A stretch of 64,000 bases of DNA from Octopus sinensis. Taxonomy: Eukaryota. The stretch's first letter is position 1; the number at the start of each line of letters is the position of its first letter. A program made the position numbers and the translations under genes. The stretch covers positions 13,404,464 through 13,468,463 of the forward strand of contig NC_043011.1 in NCBI RefSeq assembly GCF_006345805.1, given 5' to 3'. Below the pieces are notes generated by a model. It saw only the letters and a program-made list of their open reading frames with translations, was not told where the DNA came from and ran no database searches. Below are positions 63,855 to 64,000 of this stretch, piece by piece.

Positions 63855-64000
63855 CTGCACTAAAGTTTTGATGCTTTGTATTACATATTTTCCTTTAGCA
63901 GTTTCAGATGACAACATAACACAATCAATGCCATCTAAGACAGAATTAGCGACATCTCCTGCTTCAGCACGGGTAGGTCGAGGATGTATGGTCATACTCT
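63855..64000 (-). CDS. PK paralog (gene 2), exon H' (runs off the window edge)
   Basis: Reverse strand reads (E)[48 protein letters not shown] then a GTaagg donor; homologous to exon H. Confidence 0.93.

Overview
AT-rich animal genomic DNA with spliceosomal introns and dense repeats. The SINE/LINE families resemble octopus repeats, but that assignment is an inference from recognition, not a database match. The + strand carries an almost complete pyruvate kinase gene: 11 coding exons at 23470-44161, all GT-AG, splicing in frame to 537 codons plus stop; the ATG-bearing exon was not found. A second, intact but about 30% identical copy of the last coding exon lies 5.6 kb downstream (49750-49985) with a compatible splice phase, so the gene probably makes two C-terminal isoforms that differ in the allosteric FBP-binding region. 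The last four exons of a diverged pyruvate kinase paralog lie on the - strand (64000 down to 56546), tail-to-tail with the first gene. The rest is introns and intergenic DNA filled with tRNA-headed SINEs, RTE and CR1 LINE fragments, deleted DNA transposons (maT, mariner, Chapaev3), MITEs, a probable Helitron, foldback elements and simple repeats. Exon boundaries were read base by base; repeat boundaries are approximate.
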